From assembly GCA_964530015.1 (NCBI GenBank), contig CAZGYC010000005.1, positions 39,549 to 103,548 on the forward strand: a stretch of DNA of 64,000 nucleotides, written 5' to 3'. The notes below the pieces were generated by a model that was given only the letters and a program-made list of their open reading frames with translations, did no database searches and was not told the origin of the DNA. Position numbers and translations under genes: made by a program. Below, piece after piece: positions 1 to 10,184 of this stretch. Every line of letters starts with the position of its first letter. The first letter of the stretch is position 1. The DNA comes from an uncultured Limnohabitans sp. GTDB taxonomy: Bacteria > Bacteroidota > Bacteroidia > Cytophagales > Cyclobacteriaceae.

Positions 1-1929
1 AACCGGGATTGGGCCTGGCAGGTGCAGGTGGAGTCCCAGCAGCGGCTGAAAATCTACCAGCAGTGGATGCCCCAACTGCACCTGGACTTTCACGAGCAGG
101 GCATCAACCAGCCCTTCTACATGGCTCCGGCGGCAGAGCCGCTGCATGAGCAACTGAGCCCCTTCCAGCATGAATTTCAGGATATTTTTGGGAGAAACAC
201 CGCCAGGTATTTTGACCAGATGGGTCGGTTTTACTTTACCAAGGAGCGATTTGACCTGCTCTATCCCTCCTATGGAGACACCTACCCGATGTACAACGGC
301 GCCATCGGGATGACGATCGAGCAGGGCGGCGGCGGCGTGGGCGGCATTGGCGGATACAATTCCGCCGGAGACACCGTGACCTTGAGTGGCCGAATCACAG
401 GCCACTACACCGCAGCCATGTCCGCTGCGGAAGTGACCAGCAAACACGCCAAACGCCTGGTGGACGAGTTTGCCGCCTATTTCAAAACGAACTCAACCGA
501 TCCAAAGGGCAAGTACAAAAGCTTTGTGATCAAGGGCGAAAGCAACCCCGCACAGCTCGCAAAATTGCTGGAGCTGCTGGACAAAAACGGAATCCGATAC
601 GGAAAGGCGGGAAACAAATCCGGCCTGAAAGGCTTCGAATATCAAAGCGGAAAATCCGGGGTGGCTTTTTCCACTTCCGAAAACGACCTCATCATCAACG
701 CCTATCAGCCCAGGTCAGTCCTGGCCCAGGTATTGTTCGAGCCAAATCCCGCCTTGAACGACTCCATCACCTACGACATTACCAGTTGGGCACTGCCCTA
801 TGCCTATGGCCTGCAGGGATATGCGCTGGAGACGAAGCTGGACGCATCAGACGCGTATGAGAAGCCCGCATTCACCCCCAATCCCCTTGGCCAAACTCCC
901 GTTGCGTACCTGGCCAAATGGCAGGGAGCCCAGGATGTGGCATTTCTGGCAGCCCTGCTGAAGCAAAAGATCCGGGTGAAATTTGCCGAATTCCCCTTTG
1001 AGGTACAGGGAAAAAGCTATCCGGCCGGCACACTGATCATCGCCAAAGGGGGCAACGAATACGTCGGTGATTTTGACCAAAAGGTGACCAACTCCGCAAA
1101 TGAATTTGGCGTGGCACTTTCGACCACGCAGACCGGGTACGTGGACAAAGGAAAAGACTTTGGCTCACCAAACATCCCGATCATAAAAGCCCCGAAAGTG
1201 GCGCTGATAGGCGGGGCGGGCACCTCCTCCCTGAGCTACGGGGAAATCTGGCATTTCTTCGAAAAGGATTTGAACTACCCGCTTTCCAACCTGGATGCCG
1301 CCGCCTTCGGCAACTATGACCTGGGCAAATACGACGTGATCATCTTGCCCTCCACTTACGGCCCCGCGCTCAATGGGCCTGCCCAACAGAAGCTCAACGA
1401 CTGGGTCAAGGCGGGTGGCAAATTGATCGCCATCGATGCGGCGCTCAATCTGTTTGCAAACAAGGAAGGCTTTGCCCTGAAAAATTTTGATTCCGACGAG
1501 GAGAAAAAGGCGGCTGAAAAAGCCCTGGAAGACCTTTCGAAACTGGAGCGTCTGGAACCTTTTGCAGAAAATGAGCGACTGGGGATATCCACAGGTGCGG
1601 CCGGCGCAATCTATGAAGTAAAAATGGACGAAACACACCCCTTGGGCTACGGTACCGGAGGCAAGTTTTACACCCTAAAAATCAACGCCCGCCGCTTTGC
1701 CTACCTCACCGGCGGGACTAATGCCGGTATCATCGCCGGCAACGATTCCTACCGAACGGGATACATTGGCTACAAAATCAAATCCAAGATGGGCGAGTCC
1801 CTGGCCATCGGGGTCGAACGGCAAGGCCGTGGCCAGATCGTCTATTTTGTGGACAATCCCATCTTCAGGGGATTCTGGGAAAGCGGAAAACTCGTGCTGG
1901 GCAATGCCATCTTCCTCGTAGGCCAGTAG
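1..1929 (+). CDS. M14 family zinc carboxypeptidase, 5' end outside the window
   Basis: Frame is open from base 1 (NRDWAWQVQ...). Has the DFHEQG zinc-ligand motif and a TIEQGGG catalytic Glu region, plus the C-terminal extension typical of long Bacteroidota M14 proteins. Confidence 0.85.
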   Translation, partial: NRDWAWQVQVESQQRLKIYQQWMPQLHLDFHEQGINQPFYMAPAAEPLHEQLSPFQHEFQDIFGRNTARYFDQMGRFYFTKERFDLLYPSYGDTYPMYNGAIGMTIEQGGGGVGGIGGYNSAGDTVTLSGRITGHYTAAMSAAEVTSKHAKRLVDEFAAYFKTNSTDPKGKYKSFVIKGESNPAQLAKLLELLDKNGIRYGKAGNKSGLKGFEYQSGKSGVAFSTSENDLIINAYQPRSVLAQVLFEPNPALNDSITYDITSWALPYAYGLQGYALETKLDASDAYEKPAFTPNPLGQTPVAYLAKWQGAQDVAFLAALLKQKIRVKFAEFPFEVQGKSYPAGTLIIAKGGNEYVGDFDQKVTNSANEFGVALSTTQTGYVDKGKDFGSPNIPIIKAPKVALIGGAGTSSLSYGEIWHFFEKDLNYPLSNLDAAAFGNYDLGKYDVIILPSTYGPALNGPAQQKLNDWVKAGGKLIAIDAALNLFANKEGFALKNFDSDEEKKAAEKALEDLSKLERLEPFAENERLGISTGAAGAIYEVKMDETHPLGYGTGGKFYTLKINARRFAYLTGGTNAGIIAGNDSYRTGYIGYKIKSKMGESLAIGVERQGRGQIVYFVDNPIFRGFWESGKLVLGNAIFLVGQ

Positions 1930-1958
1930 AAGCCCAGAAACCATTTCAGAGCCGAAAG

Positions 1959-1988
1959 ACCGACTGCCCATAAGCCGTCGGTTTTTTG
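1959..1988 (+). terminator. Intrinsic terminator
   Basis: ACCGAC...GTCGGT stem followed by a T run, just after the M14 stop. Confidence 0.65.
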
Positions 1989-2089
1989 TTTCAGGGAGCA
2001 AAGCGTTCTTTTGGCTTTTCTCCCGATGCGGCTGTCCGCTTTCTTGCCACCCGCCAGATCATACAGGGGTTGAGGTCCAAATTGGCCTG

Positions 2090-2131
2090 CCGTGGACTGT
2101 TGACCGTGGTCTGTAGACTATTATCCGTTGT
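2090..2131. repeat. Degenerate 7-bp tandem repeat, 6 units
   Basis: CCGTGGA CTGTTGA CCGTGGT CTGTAGA CTATTAT CCGTTGT. Confidence 0.6.
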
Positions 2132-2289
2132 TTGACAATTCCATTTTAAGCTACTGGAAAAGTATCGTACAATCATTTCTCCCATTGCCAAAAGCATTTT
2201 TTCTGATTTATTATTTGGCTATCTTTTTCAAAAATTTCGGAAAACGTCGGCACTGCCCCACTTTTCAAAATCCAACTTTGGAAAACAGA

Positions 2290-5200
2290 ATGAAACACTA
2301 CCTGACCTCTTTGGGGCTTGCTTTTTTGTTTTTTGCCTGCGATCAGCAGACCAAGCTTGGAGTTTCCCGGGAAGTACCCTCCTACAGTCCGCCTGTGATC
2401 CGGGAGCTTGCTTCCCTTCCTGATTCCCTTCAGCCCATTTCCGTGAGCCTGCAGGACTTGCCACCGCCGAGAAAGATCCAGGTCCCGGGACAGGATGGAG
2501 GCAGCTATGTTTTTCTCGACGAAAACGGAGAGTCCCAGACCATCGCCCTTTTGGCCCCTGTCAGACAGGACCTGCAGGTATTGCTGGACGAAAGCGGAGA
2601 GGTAATCAGGGATTCTGGAGGCAAGCCCTTTCTTCTCGGAGAAGGCGGGCTTTCCCAGTTCAAAACCTATACGACAGATGACGGACTGGCACTCGATGCG
2701 GTCAATTGCGCCATTCTGGACAGCCGGGGCCACCTTTGGTTTGGGACAAACGGAGGCGGGGTAAGCCGCTACGATGGAAGCACGTTTACCAACTTTACCA
2801 CGGCACAGGGATTGGCGGGAAATATCCTCAGAAGTATGCTGGAAGACCGCAAGGGCAATATCTGGTTTGGGACCATCAGTGGAGTGAGCAAGTACGATGG
2901 CTACAGCTTTACCAACTATACCCGCGAAGACGGCCTCGGCGACGATGGCGTGTTCAGCATCTTGGAGGACCAAGACGGAACGATGTGGTTTGGTACGGGT
3001 GGGGGGGGCGTCAGCAAGCTCGAAGGGGAAAAATTCACCACCTACAGAACCGCAGACGGCCTCGCCGACAACTTTGTGATCAGTATCCTGGAGGGCGGGC
3101 AAGGCATCCTCTACTTTGGCACCTATGGAGGGGGGCTCAGCAGGTTTGACGGCCAGACCTTCAAGAATTTCACCGAGCAAGACGGCCTCTCCAGCAACCG
3201 CGTCAGGAGCCTCAGCCACAGCAGTCCGGGCAAAATCTGGATCGGGACGATCGGTGGCGGGGCAAGTCTTTTTGACGGCCAGACCTTTGCCAACTATTCG
3301 GTCAAAGACGGTCTGGCGGGCGATATCGTCCGTACCATCATCGAGGACTCCCACGGACACACCTGGTTTGCCACCGAGACTGGGATCAGCAGGTTGGACG
3401 GACGGAATTTCACCTCCTACACCCGTAACCAGGGACTGCCTGCCAACTCGGTGCTGTCCATCGTAAAAGATGCCTCGGGAAAACTCTGGTTTTGTACCGA
3501 CGGAGGCGGGGTAGCCCGGTTTGACGGCATCGCTTTCACCAATTTTTCGGTGACCCAAGGCCTGGGAAACAACATCGTACTCAGCACCCTGGAGGACAGG
3601 GAGGGAAATCTCTGGTTTGGGACAGCCGGTGGGGGAGTCAGCAAATTTGACGGGAAAAGCTTCCTCACCTACACCACCTCCCAAGGCCTGGGGGGAGACA
3701 TCGTGATCAGCATGATCCAGGATCGCGCCGGGAATTTCTGGTTTGGCACGGGCGGCGGGGGCGTCAGCAGATTTGACGGAAAGACATTTACCACCTACAC
3801 CAGCGCCCATACGCTGGGAGCCGATGAGATCTATTCGATCGCCGAAGACCGTCTGGGCAACCTTTGGTTTGGAAGCGAAGGCGGCGGACTGAGCAAATTT
3901 GACGGAAATGCCTTTACCACCTATACCTCCGATCACGGGCTTGCCGGCAATGTGATCCTCAGCATCCAGGAAGATGCGGAGAATCAGTTGTGGATCGCAG
4001 CCGTAGACGGCGGGATCAGCAGATTCGACGGGGAAAAATTCACCAACTTCTCCACCGCCCAAGGCCTGGCCAACAATGCCGTGGTCCGGATAAAAGAAGA
4101 CCTTCAGGGAAATCTCTGGATCGGCACGGAGCAGGGCTTGTCTTTTCTTCCAAAAAACAAACTCCTCTCCCAAACGAATCCCGGCGACTCCGCGTCTTAT
4201 TTTCTGTCTTTTGGAACACCCGAAGGACTCCCGGACAATCTGATCCAACAGATCGTCCCCATGGAAAACGGAAAAATAGCCGTCGGTACCAACCGTGGTT
4301 TTGCCTTTTTCGATGCCCCAAAAGCGGGAGAGGAATTCACGACGCTCGAAAATATCGAGACCTTCAACTCCAATACGGGCTATCCCGTCAAAGACCTCAC
4401 AGACGGACAAAACGGGATGTTTCAGGACAGCAAGGGGATCCTCTGGGCAGGCACGGGAAACAACAAGACCGCCCTGGTTCGCTTTGACCACCGGGAATTG
4501 GCCCTAAACCAAAGCCCTCCCCGGATTTTTCTCAAGCAAATCCGAATCAACGAGGAAATCATCTCCTGGAGCAGCCTTGCAGAACACCCCGCCCCCAAGG
4601 CCACGGTCTCCGAGGAACTGGCCACCTATGGCAAGGAACTCAGCGCAACCGAAAGAGAGGACTTGAGACGGAAGTTTGGCGGAATTGCCTTTGATGCCGT
4701 TTCCCCGTTTTACCCTTTCCCGCAAAACCTGGTTCTCCCCTATCGGCACAACCATATCAACATCGATTTCGGATCGGATGAACTGGCAAAACCCGACTTG
4801 GTAGAATACCAGTACATCCTGGAAGGGTATGATGCCACATGGAGCCCGGTGTTGAAAAAAACAAGCGCCACCTTTGGCAACATCCTGGAGGGAGACTATA
4901 CCTTCAGGGTAAAGGCGCGATTTACGGGACCTTCTGAGGAAGCGGCTGGGGAATGGACCGAACCGATCGAGTTTTCCTTTTCGGTGGAGCCCCCGATATT
5001 CCGCACCTGGTGGGCGTTTGTGGTCTATGCGCTGCTGTTCCTGTCGATGATCTACCCCATCCACCGGTACCAAAGGAACAAGGCGATCCATGCAGAGCAG
5101 GAAAAAGCCAGGGAACGGGAACTCGAACAGGCCCGGGAGATCGAAAAAGCCTACACCAAGCTGGAATCGGCCCATGAAAATCTGAAAGCCACCCAAAACC

Positions 5201-5982
5201 AACTGATCCAACAGGAAAAACTCGCGTCCCTGGGCCAGTTGACCGCGGGCATCGCACACGAAATCAAAAACCCGCTCAACTTCGTGAACAACTTCTCCGG
5301 ACTAAGCCTGGAGTTTTTGGATGAAATCGCGGAGGAGCTCGACAAAATGCCCGAGAGTGATTCCCTGGAAAACGTAAGGGACCTCCTGGCCGACATCAAG
5401 ACCAACCTGACCAAGATCAAGCACCACGGTGGCAGGGCAGACGGGATCGTGAAGTCCATGCTCATGCACTCCAGGGGAGGCAGTGGGGCGATGGAGCCTT
5501 CCGACCTCAACGAGGTGATCAAGGAATACGTCAATCTTTCCTTCCACGGGATGAGGGCCAACAAAAACCCGATCAATGTGGACGTAATTCTCAAATTGGA
5601 CGAAAGCCTTCCAAAAATCCCCCTCAATACGGAGGATTTCAGCCGGGTGATTCTGAACCTGACCAAGAATGCCTTTGATGCGATGCGGGAAAAAATCAAC
5701 AAATCCGGGCCGGAATACAAAGCCAAACTGGAAGTACGGACCACAGACCTCGGCGATTCCATCCTGATCGAAGTCGAGGACAACGGCCCCGGAGTGCCTG
5801 GGGAGATCCGGGACAAGCTGTTGATGCCTTTCTTTACCACCAAAAAAGGGACGGAAGGCACCGGACTGGGCCTCTCGATCACCCATGATATCATCAAAGC
5901 CCACAACGGCTCCCTGGACATCAGCTCGGAAGTCGGTGAGTGGACCCGGTTCAGCATTACGATTCCGAAGCAGGCCGATTGA
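2290..5982 (+). CDS. Sensor histidine kinase HK1: periplasmic Reg_prop beta-propellers, Y_Y_Y domain, TM helix, HisKA, HATPase_c
   Basis: About 44-aa blade repeats (GNIWFGTxGGGVSxFDG), Y_Y_Y-like LEGYD...GDYTFRVKA, TM segment WWAFVVYALLF, H-box AHEIKNPLNF, G boxes DNGPG and GTGLGLS. Start moved to ATG 2290, which gives a signal peptide. Confidence 0.92.
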   Translation: MKHYLTSLGLAFLFFACDQQTKLGVSREVPSYSPPVIRELASLPDSLQPISVSLQDLPPPRKIQVPGQDGGSYVFLDENGESQTIALLAPVRQDLQVLLDESGEVIRDSGGKPFLLGEGGLSQFKTYTTDDGLALDAVNCAILDSRGHLWFGTNGGGVSRYDGSTFTNFTTAQGLAGNILRSMLEDRKGNIWFGTISGVSKYDGYSFTNYTREDGLGDDGVFSILEDQDGTMWFGTGGGGVSKLEGEKFTTYRTADGLADNFVISILEGGQGILYFGTYGGGLSRFDGQTFKNFTEQDGLSSNRVRSLSHSSPGKIWIGTIGGGASLFDGQTFANYSVKDGLAGDIVRTIIEDSHGHTWFATETGISRLDGRNFTSYTRNQGLPANSVLSIVKDASGKLWFCTDGGGVARFDGIAFTNFSVTQGLGNNIVLSTLEDREGNLWFGTAGGGVSKFDGKSFLTYTTSQGLGGDIVISMIQDRAGNFWFGTGGGGVSRFDGKTFTTYTSAHTLGADEIYSIAEDRLGNLWFGSEGGGLSKFDGNAFTTYTSDHGLAGNVILSIQEDAENQLWIAAVDGGISRFDGEKFTNFSTAQGLANNAVVRIKEDLQGNLWIGTEQGLSFLPKNKLLSQTNPGDSASYFLSFGTPEGLPDNLIQQIVPMENGKIAVGTNRGFAFFDAPKAGEEFTTLENIETFNSNTGYPVKDLTDGQNGMFQDSKGILWAGTGNNKTALVRFDHRELALNQSPPRIFLKQIRINEEIISWSSLAEHPAPKATVSEELATYGKELSATEREDLRRKFGGIAFDAVSPFYPFPQNLVLPYRHNHINIDFGSDELAKPDLVEYQYILEGYDATWSPVLKKTSATFGNILEGDYTFRVKARFTGPSEEAAGEWTEPIEFSFSVEPPIFRTWWAFVVYALLFLSMIYPIHRYQRNKAIHAEQEKARERELEQAREIEKAYTKLESAHENLKATQNQLIQQEKLASLGQLTAGIAHEIKNPLNFVNNFSGLSLEFLDEIAEELDKMPESDSLENVRDLLADIKTNLTKIKHHGGRADGIVKSMLMHSRGGSGAMEPSDLNEVIKEYVNLSFHGMRANKNPINVDVILKLDESLPKIPLNTEDFSRVILNLTKNAFDAMREKINKSGPEYKAKLEVRTTDLGDSILIEVEDNGPGVPGEIRDKLLMPFFTTKKGTEGTGLGLSITHDIIKAHNGSLDISSEVGEWTRFSITIPKQAD

Positions 5983-5985
5983 TTT

Positions 5986-6099
5986 GGGGTAGTGTATGTA
6001 GTTTGGGTCTTGGTGATCGGATTATTGTATCCTTTGTGCAGGTGGTTTGATCGCTATAAAACGAACAACAAAGACAAGTGGTGGCTGAGCTACCTGTAG
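5986..6099 (+). pseudogene. 3'-end remnant (38 codons) of a DUF1624-family gene
   Basis: Translates GVVYVVWVLVIGLLYPLCRWFDRYKTNNKDKWWLSYL*. Matches 11390-11503 with 6 mismatches in 114 nt. Confidence 0.9.
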
Positions 6100-6332
6100 A
6101 AACAAAAAGGCTGGCCCAATCGATGAATTAGGCTGAAAAAAAACAGGGAAAAGAGAAACCGATGTCTGGGAATACACTGAACCGGAGGATTGCCGATGGA
6201 TTGGCTTGGGCCCTGGGAAGGCGCAATGTGGAGAAATAATCTCAGAAAGTGCTTTAAAATCAAGTAGTTCGTTCAAATTCACTATTTTGTCCCTCCAACT
6301 TCCCGTTTGTCCCCAACCTTTCTCCTTTTCAA

Positions 6333-9300
6333 ATGATAAATTTTAAAAAGTGGCTGTTCTTTTTGCCCCTGGTCTTCTTGAATTTGCCACGCTTGGCCTC
6401 TGCACAGGAGATCAGCGTTGAGCCCATCTCCATTTCCAACGGCCTGGCCTCTCCTTTTGTGGTTGATATCCACCAAGACGGCTACGGATTGATCTGGCTG
6501 GCGACGGGCAACGGCATCCAGCGTTACGACGGGTTTTCCTACAAGACCTTCCGCAACATTCCCGGCAATCCGGCCAGCCTCCAGGACAGCCAGTCTTTTG
6601 ACATCGAAGAGGATCAAGACCACAATCTCTGGATTGCCAACAATTTGGGCGTTTCCAAGTTTGATCGCGCTGCCAACAGCTTTGTCAACTATAACTTCGA
6701 AAAAATCTTCAACCTTGCTTCCGGTTCGGGAAGGGTTCTGAAGATCCTGGTGGATTCCCAGGGAAGGGTTTTTGCGGGAAGCGTCGCCAAGGAACTTGTC
6801 CAATTTGACCCCGAGAGAAACACCTGGGTTCAGCCCAAATACAAGGAGCCAGACTATGTTCCCAGCGAATTTGTCGGGATTTCGGTCTCCCTGGCAGAGG
6901 ATTCCCAGGGGGGCGTTTGGATTGGGTCCAGTACTTATGGCTTGATGCACCTTCCAAAGGGCGAGTCTGAGATTGCCCCGCTGGAGTTGGATCCCTCATT
7001 TGGTTTCAATTCCCCTTCCAATGAAATTACCGCCCTGCATTTTGACCAAGCCGACAAACTTTGGATTGCCTCCAGGCAGGGAATCTACACGATGGACAGG
7101 GCCACTCGGAAGGTGACTACACTCAAAGAATACACCGAGGCTCAGGAGGAATTTCTGAACCGCCTCAACTGCATCGTGGAGGACCAGGAAGGCAACATCT
7201 GGATCACCAACAACTTCCGTGGAATTTTGAAATTTGATCCCAAGTCGGAAAAATACCGGGAAATCCAGATCCCGGGCAACAGGAGGATTTTGGGAATGGG
7301 ATGGGAGATCCGGATGGCCCGGATGCTGGTGGACAAAAGCGGGATTTTTTGGTTTGGCACCTATGGCAGGGGCCTTTTCAAATACGATCCGGTAAACAAA
7401 CCCTTCAGTTTCCTGAGCCACGGGCCCGGAAATCCAAACAGCCTAAGTTCAGGCGGGGTTTTTGGGCTTTTGGCTTCCACGGCAAATCCAGGCCGGATCT
7501 TTATCGGCACACGCGGCGACGGGCTTACGGTTTTGGATGAAAAGGACAATTCTCTGCGGAAAGTCCGGTATCAATCTTCCGCCGATATTTTTGGAGGCTC
7601 CGTGAGATCCATCGGGGAGCAACAGGACGGCTCCCTTTGGTTGGGAACCTGGGGAGACGGATTGATCAAAGTGGACAAAAACCTCAAAGAAACCAAACGC
7701 TTCGCCAACAGTCCCGGTGATGAAAACAGCCTGGTCAACAATCAGGTGCGAGTCATCCGGGAGGATCGGAACGGCAAACTCTGGCTGGGGACCAACGGGG
7801 GCTTGACGATTATGAATCCGGAGACGGAATCGTTCCGGGAAGTGCCGAGCCGGTTCTTTCAAACCTATTCGGAGGAGATCATAGCCCAAGTCCAAGGCTG
7901 GCTGGACGCCAAGGAAGAAATCGGGATCATCGACCAGGTGGGAGCAGTCCAGAATTTATCCAAAGAGGTTAAAATCACCGAGGCCGGGACTTATTTCCTG
8001 GCTTTGGTGGGCGAAGGGGACCAGGCCTCCATGGCTGATTTTGGTTGGATTGCAGATTCAAACGGCGATACACTTGCCGGAATGGAGGATTTTGCCACGA
8101 GCTACCATGCAGGAGGAGCGGCCAAAAACAGAATGGTCATCGAAAAAGTAGAACTGACTCCCGGCACCTATACCCTGCACTATCAGTCAGATGACAGTCA
8201 CCACGTTGGCTCTTGGAACGAAAATCCCCCAGAACAACTCAGTCTCTATGGAATCGCCCTTTTTGGCAAGGATGCGGGTGACGAAAACCCGGCCATCATC
8301 AGCCTAAGCGAAGAGAAGGGCGAATCAATCATCCTGGGGCCAAATATTTCAGACATAGAAATTGGGGCGAAATACGTCTGGGTGGCCAGCAATTTTGCCG
8401 GGATCACCCGAATCGACCCTGAGACCAATCTGGTCAGGTACTATGAACACAAAAAAGAAGACATTGCCTCCCTCAGCAGCAACGAAATACTGGATCTCCA
8501 CGAAGACCAAAATGGCTTGCTTTGGGTAGTCACCAATGTCGGACTGAACATCATCGATCCCAAGACCGACCATATCACCAAATACAGCGAGGAAGAGGGC
8601 CTTGCCACCAATTTGCTGGAGGCGATTTTGCCGGGAGAAAATGGGGAAATGTGGCTTTCCTCCCAGAATGGACTGACCCAAATGGTTCGGAATGAGGAAC
8701 TCAACAAAGTCACCTTTATCAACTACAACCTGGAGGACGGAATCGGCGGAGAGGTGTTTCTTTCGCTTGCGGCCGGCAAAAGCCCGGACGGCAGGTTCTA
8801 TTTCGGCGGGGAGCATGGGCTGACCACCTTTACCCCGGTGGCTTCCAAAAGCATCCCGCCGTCAGTCATCATTTCCAATCTGCTGATTTCCAACAGGTCG
8901 GTCTATGAAATGGGCGGGGATTCTCCACTTCGGGAAGATTTGCTTGCCGCAGACCGGATCACTTTGCGGTATGACCAGAATGACCTGAGCTTTGAATTTG
9001 CCGCACTCCATTTTGCCAATCCTTCCAAAAACCAATATGCGCACATGCTGGTGGGGCTGGACGAGGACTGGATCTACAACAACCGAAATTTCGCCTCCTA
9101 CACCAATCTGGAGCCTGGCACCTATGAATTCAAAGTGATCGGCTCCAATGCCTACGGCGTATGGAACCAGGAAGGAAAAACCCTGAAAATCACCATTTTG
9201 CCACCGTGGTGGCTGACTTGGTGGGCTTATTTGGGATATGCGGTTCTGGCCGTGGTTTTGGTTCTGGCGGTCCTGGGAGCAGTCAGAAAGCGGATCCAAT

Positions 9301-10184
9301 CCAGGGAGCACCAAAAAAACCGGGAAAAGGAACTGGCCCATGCCCGGGAGATCGAAAAGGCCTATGGCGAACTCAAAGCCACCCAAGTCCAACTGATCCA
9401 CTCCGAAAAAATGGCCTCCCTCGGCGAACTGACTGCAGGCATCGCCCACGAGATCCAGAATCCGCTGAATTTTGTCAACAATTTTTCCGAAGTCACCAAT
9501 GAACTGATCGCGGAGATCGAGGAGGAAAGGGCCAAAGGCCGGGAATCACGCGATGAAGAGATGGTGACCGAGATCCTGGGAGACATCAGGGAAAACCTGA
9601 TCAAGATCAACCATCACGGCAAGCGGGCGGACACCATCGTCAAAGGAATGCTGCAGCACAGCAGGTCCGGGTCGGGCCAAAAAGAACTGACCGACATCAA
9701 TGCACTGACCGACGAATACCTCCGACTGAGCTACCATGGCCTGAGGGCAAAAGACAAAAGCTTCAACGCGGATTTTAAGATGGATTTGGATCCCGACCTT
9801 CCCAAGATCCACGTGGTGACACAGGATATCGGGCGGGTGCTGCTCAACATCATCAACAATGCTTTTTATGCCTGTTCCTTGAATGGGAAAGACCTTCCAG
9901 GTTTTGAAAACCTGGAAGGTCTGACCCCACCCCTCATCACCGTATCCACCAAAAACTTCGGCGACAAAATCCAGATCTCGATCAAAGACAACGGCCCCGG
10001 CATCCCGGATGCCGTGAAGGACAAAATCTTCCAGCCTTTCTTTACCACCAAACCCACCGGGCAGGGAACGGGCTTGGGATTGAGCTTGAGTTACGACATT
10101 GTGAAAGCGCATGGGGGTGAATTGAAGGTGGAGACTGAGGAAGGGAAGGGAAGTACGTTTATCGTGCAATTGCCCATCACTTGA
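6333..10184 (+). CDS. Sensor histidine kinase HK2: propeller with an inserted domain, Y_Y_Y, TM, HisKA, HATPase_c
   Basis: Signal peptide, propeller repeats, LEPGTYEFKVIGSN, TM segment WWLTWWAY, AHEIQNPLNF, DNGPG and GTGLGLS. Confidence 0.92.
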   Translation: MINFKKWLFFLPLVFLNLPRLASAQEISVEPISISNGLASPFVVDIHQDGYGLIWLATGNGIQRYDGFSYKTFRNIPGNPASLQDSQSFDIEEDQDHNLWIANNLGVSKFDRAANSFVNYNFEKIFNLASGSGRVLKILVDSQGRVFAGSVAKELVQFDPERNTWVQPKYKEPDYVPSEFVGISVSLAEDSQGGVWIGSSTYGLMHLPKGESEIAPLELDPSFGFNSPSNEITALHFDQADKLWIASRQGIYTMDRATRKVTTLKEYTEAQEEFLNRLNCIVEDQEGNIWITNNFRGILKFDPKSEKYREIQIPGNRRILGMGWEIRMARMLVDKSGIFWFGTYGRGLFKYDPVNKPFSFLSHGPGNPNSLSSGGVFGLLASTANPGRIFIGTRGDGLTVLDEKDNSLRKVRYQSSADIFGGSVRSIGEQQDGSLWLGTWGDGLIKVDKNLKETKRFANSPGDENSLVNNQVRVIREDRNGKLWLGTNGGLTIMNPETESFREVPSRFFQTYSEEIIAQVQGWLDAKEEIGIIDQVGAVQNLSKEVKITEAGTYFLALVGEGDQASMADFGWIADSNGDTLAGMEDFATSYHAGGAAKNRMVIEKVELTPGTYTLHYQSDDSHHVGSWNENPPEQLSLYGIALFGKDAGDENPAIISLSEEKGESIILGPNISDIEIGAKYVWVASNFAGITRIDPETNLVRYYEHKKEDIASLSSNEILDLHEDQNGLLWVVTNVGLNIIDPKTDHITKYSEEEGLATNLLEAILPGENGEMWLSSQNGLTQMVRNEELNKVTFINYNLEDGIGGEVFLSLAAGKSPDGRFYFGGEHGLTTFTPVASKSIPPSVIISNLLISNRSVYEMGGDSPLREDLLAADRITLRYDQNDLSFEFAALHFANPSKNQYAHMLVGLDEDWIYNNRNFASYTNLEPGTYEFKVIGSNAYGVWNQEGKTLKITILPPWWLTWWAYLGYAVLAVVLVLAVLGAVRKRIQSREHQKNREKELAHAREIEKAYGELKATQVQLIHSEKMASLGELTAGIAHEIQNPLNFVNNFSEVTNELIAEIEEERAKGRESRDEEMVTEILGDIRENLIKINHHGKRADTIVKGMLQHSRSGSGQKELTDINALTDEYLRLSYHGLRAKDKSFNADFKMDLDPDLPKIHVVTQDIGRVLLNIINNAFYACSLNGKDLPGFENLEGLTPPLITVSTKNFGDKIQISIKDNGPGIPDAVKDKIFQPFFTTKPTGQGTGLGLSLSYDIVKAHGGELKVETEEGKGSTFIVQLPIT
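9890..9922. repeat. Perfect 33-bp palindrome (REP-like) inside the HK2 coding sequence
   Basis: AGACCTTCCAGGTTTT g AAAACCTGGAAGGTCT; 16-bp arms. Confidence 0.85.

Noticed and set aside
2680-4130. About 132-bp periodic repeats in HK1
   Set aside because: These are coding propeller blades with synonymous variation, not a CRISPR array or a DNA repeat.
2173-4491. 772-aa antisense ORF, and many other long overlapping ORFs such as 23342-24904 and 49641-51167
   Set aside because: Shadow frames of GC-biased genes. They have no motifs and lie opposite well-supported CDSs.
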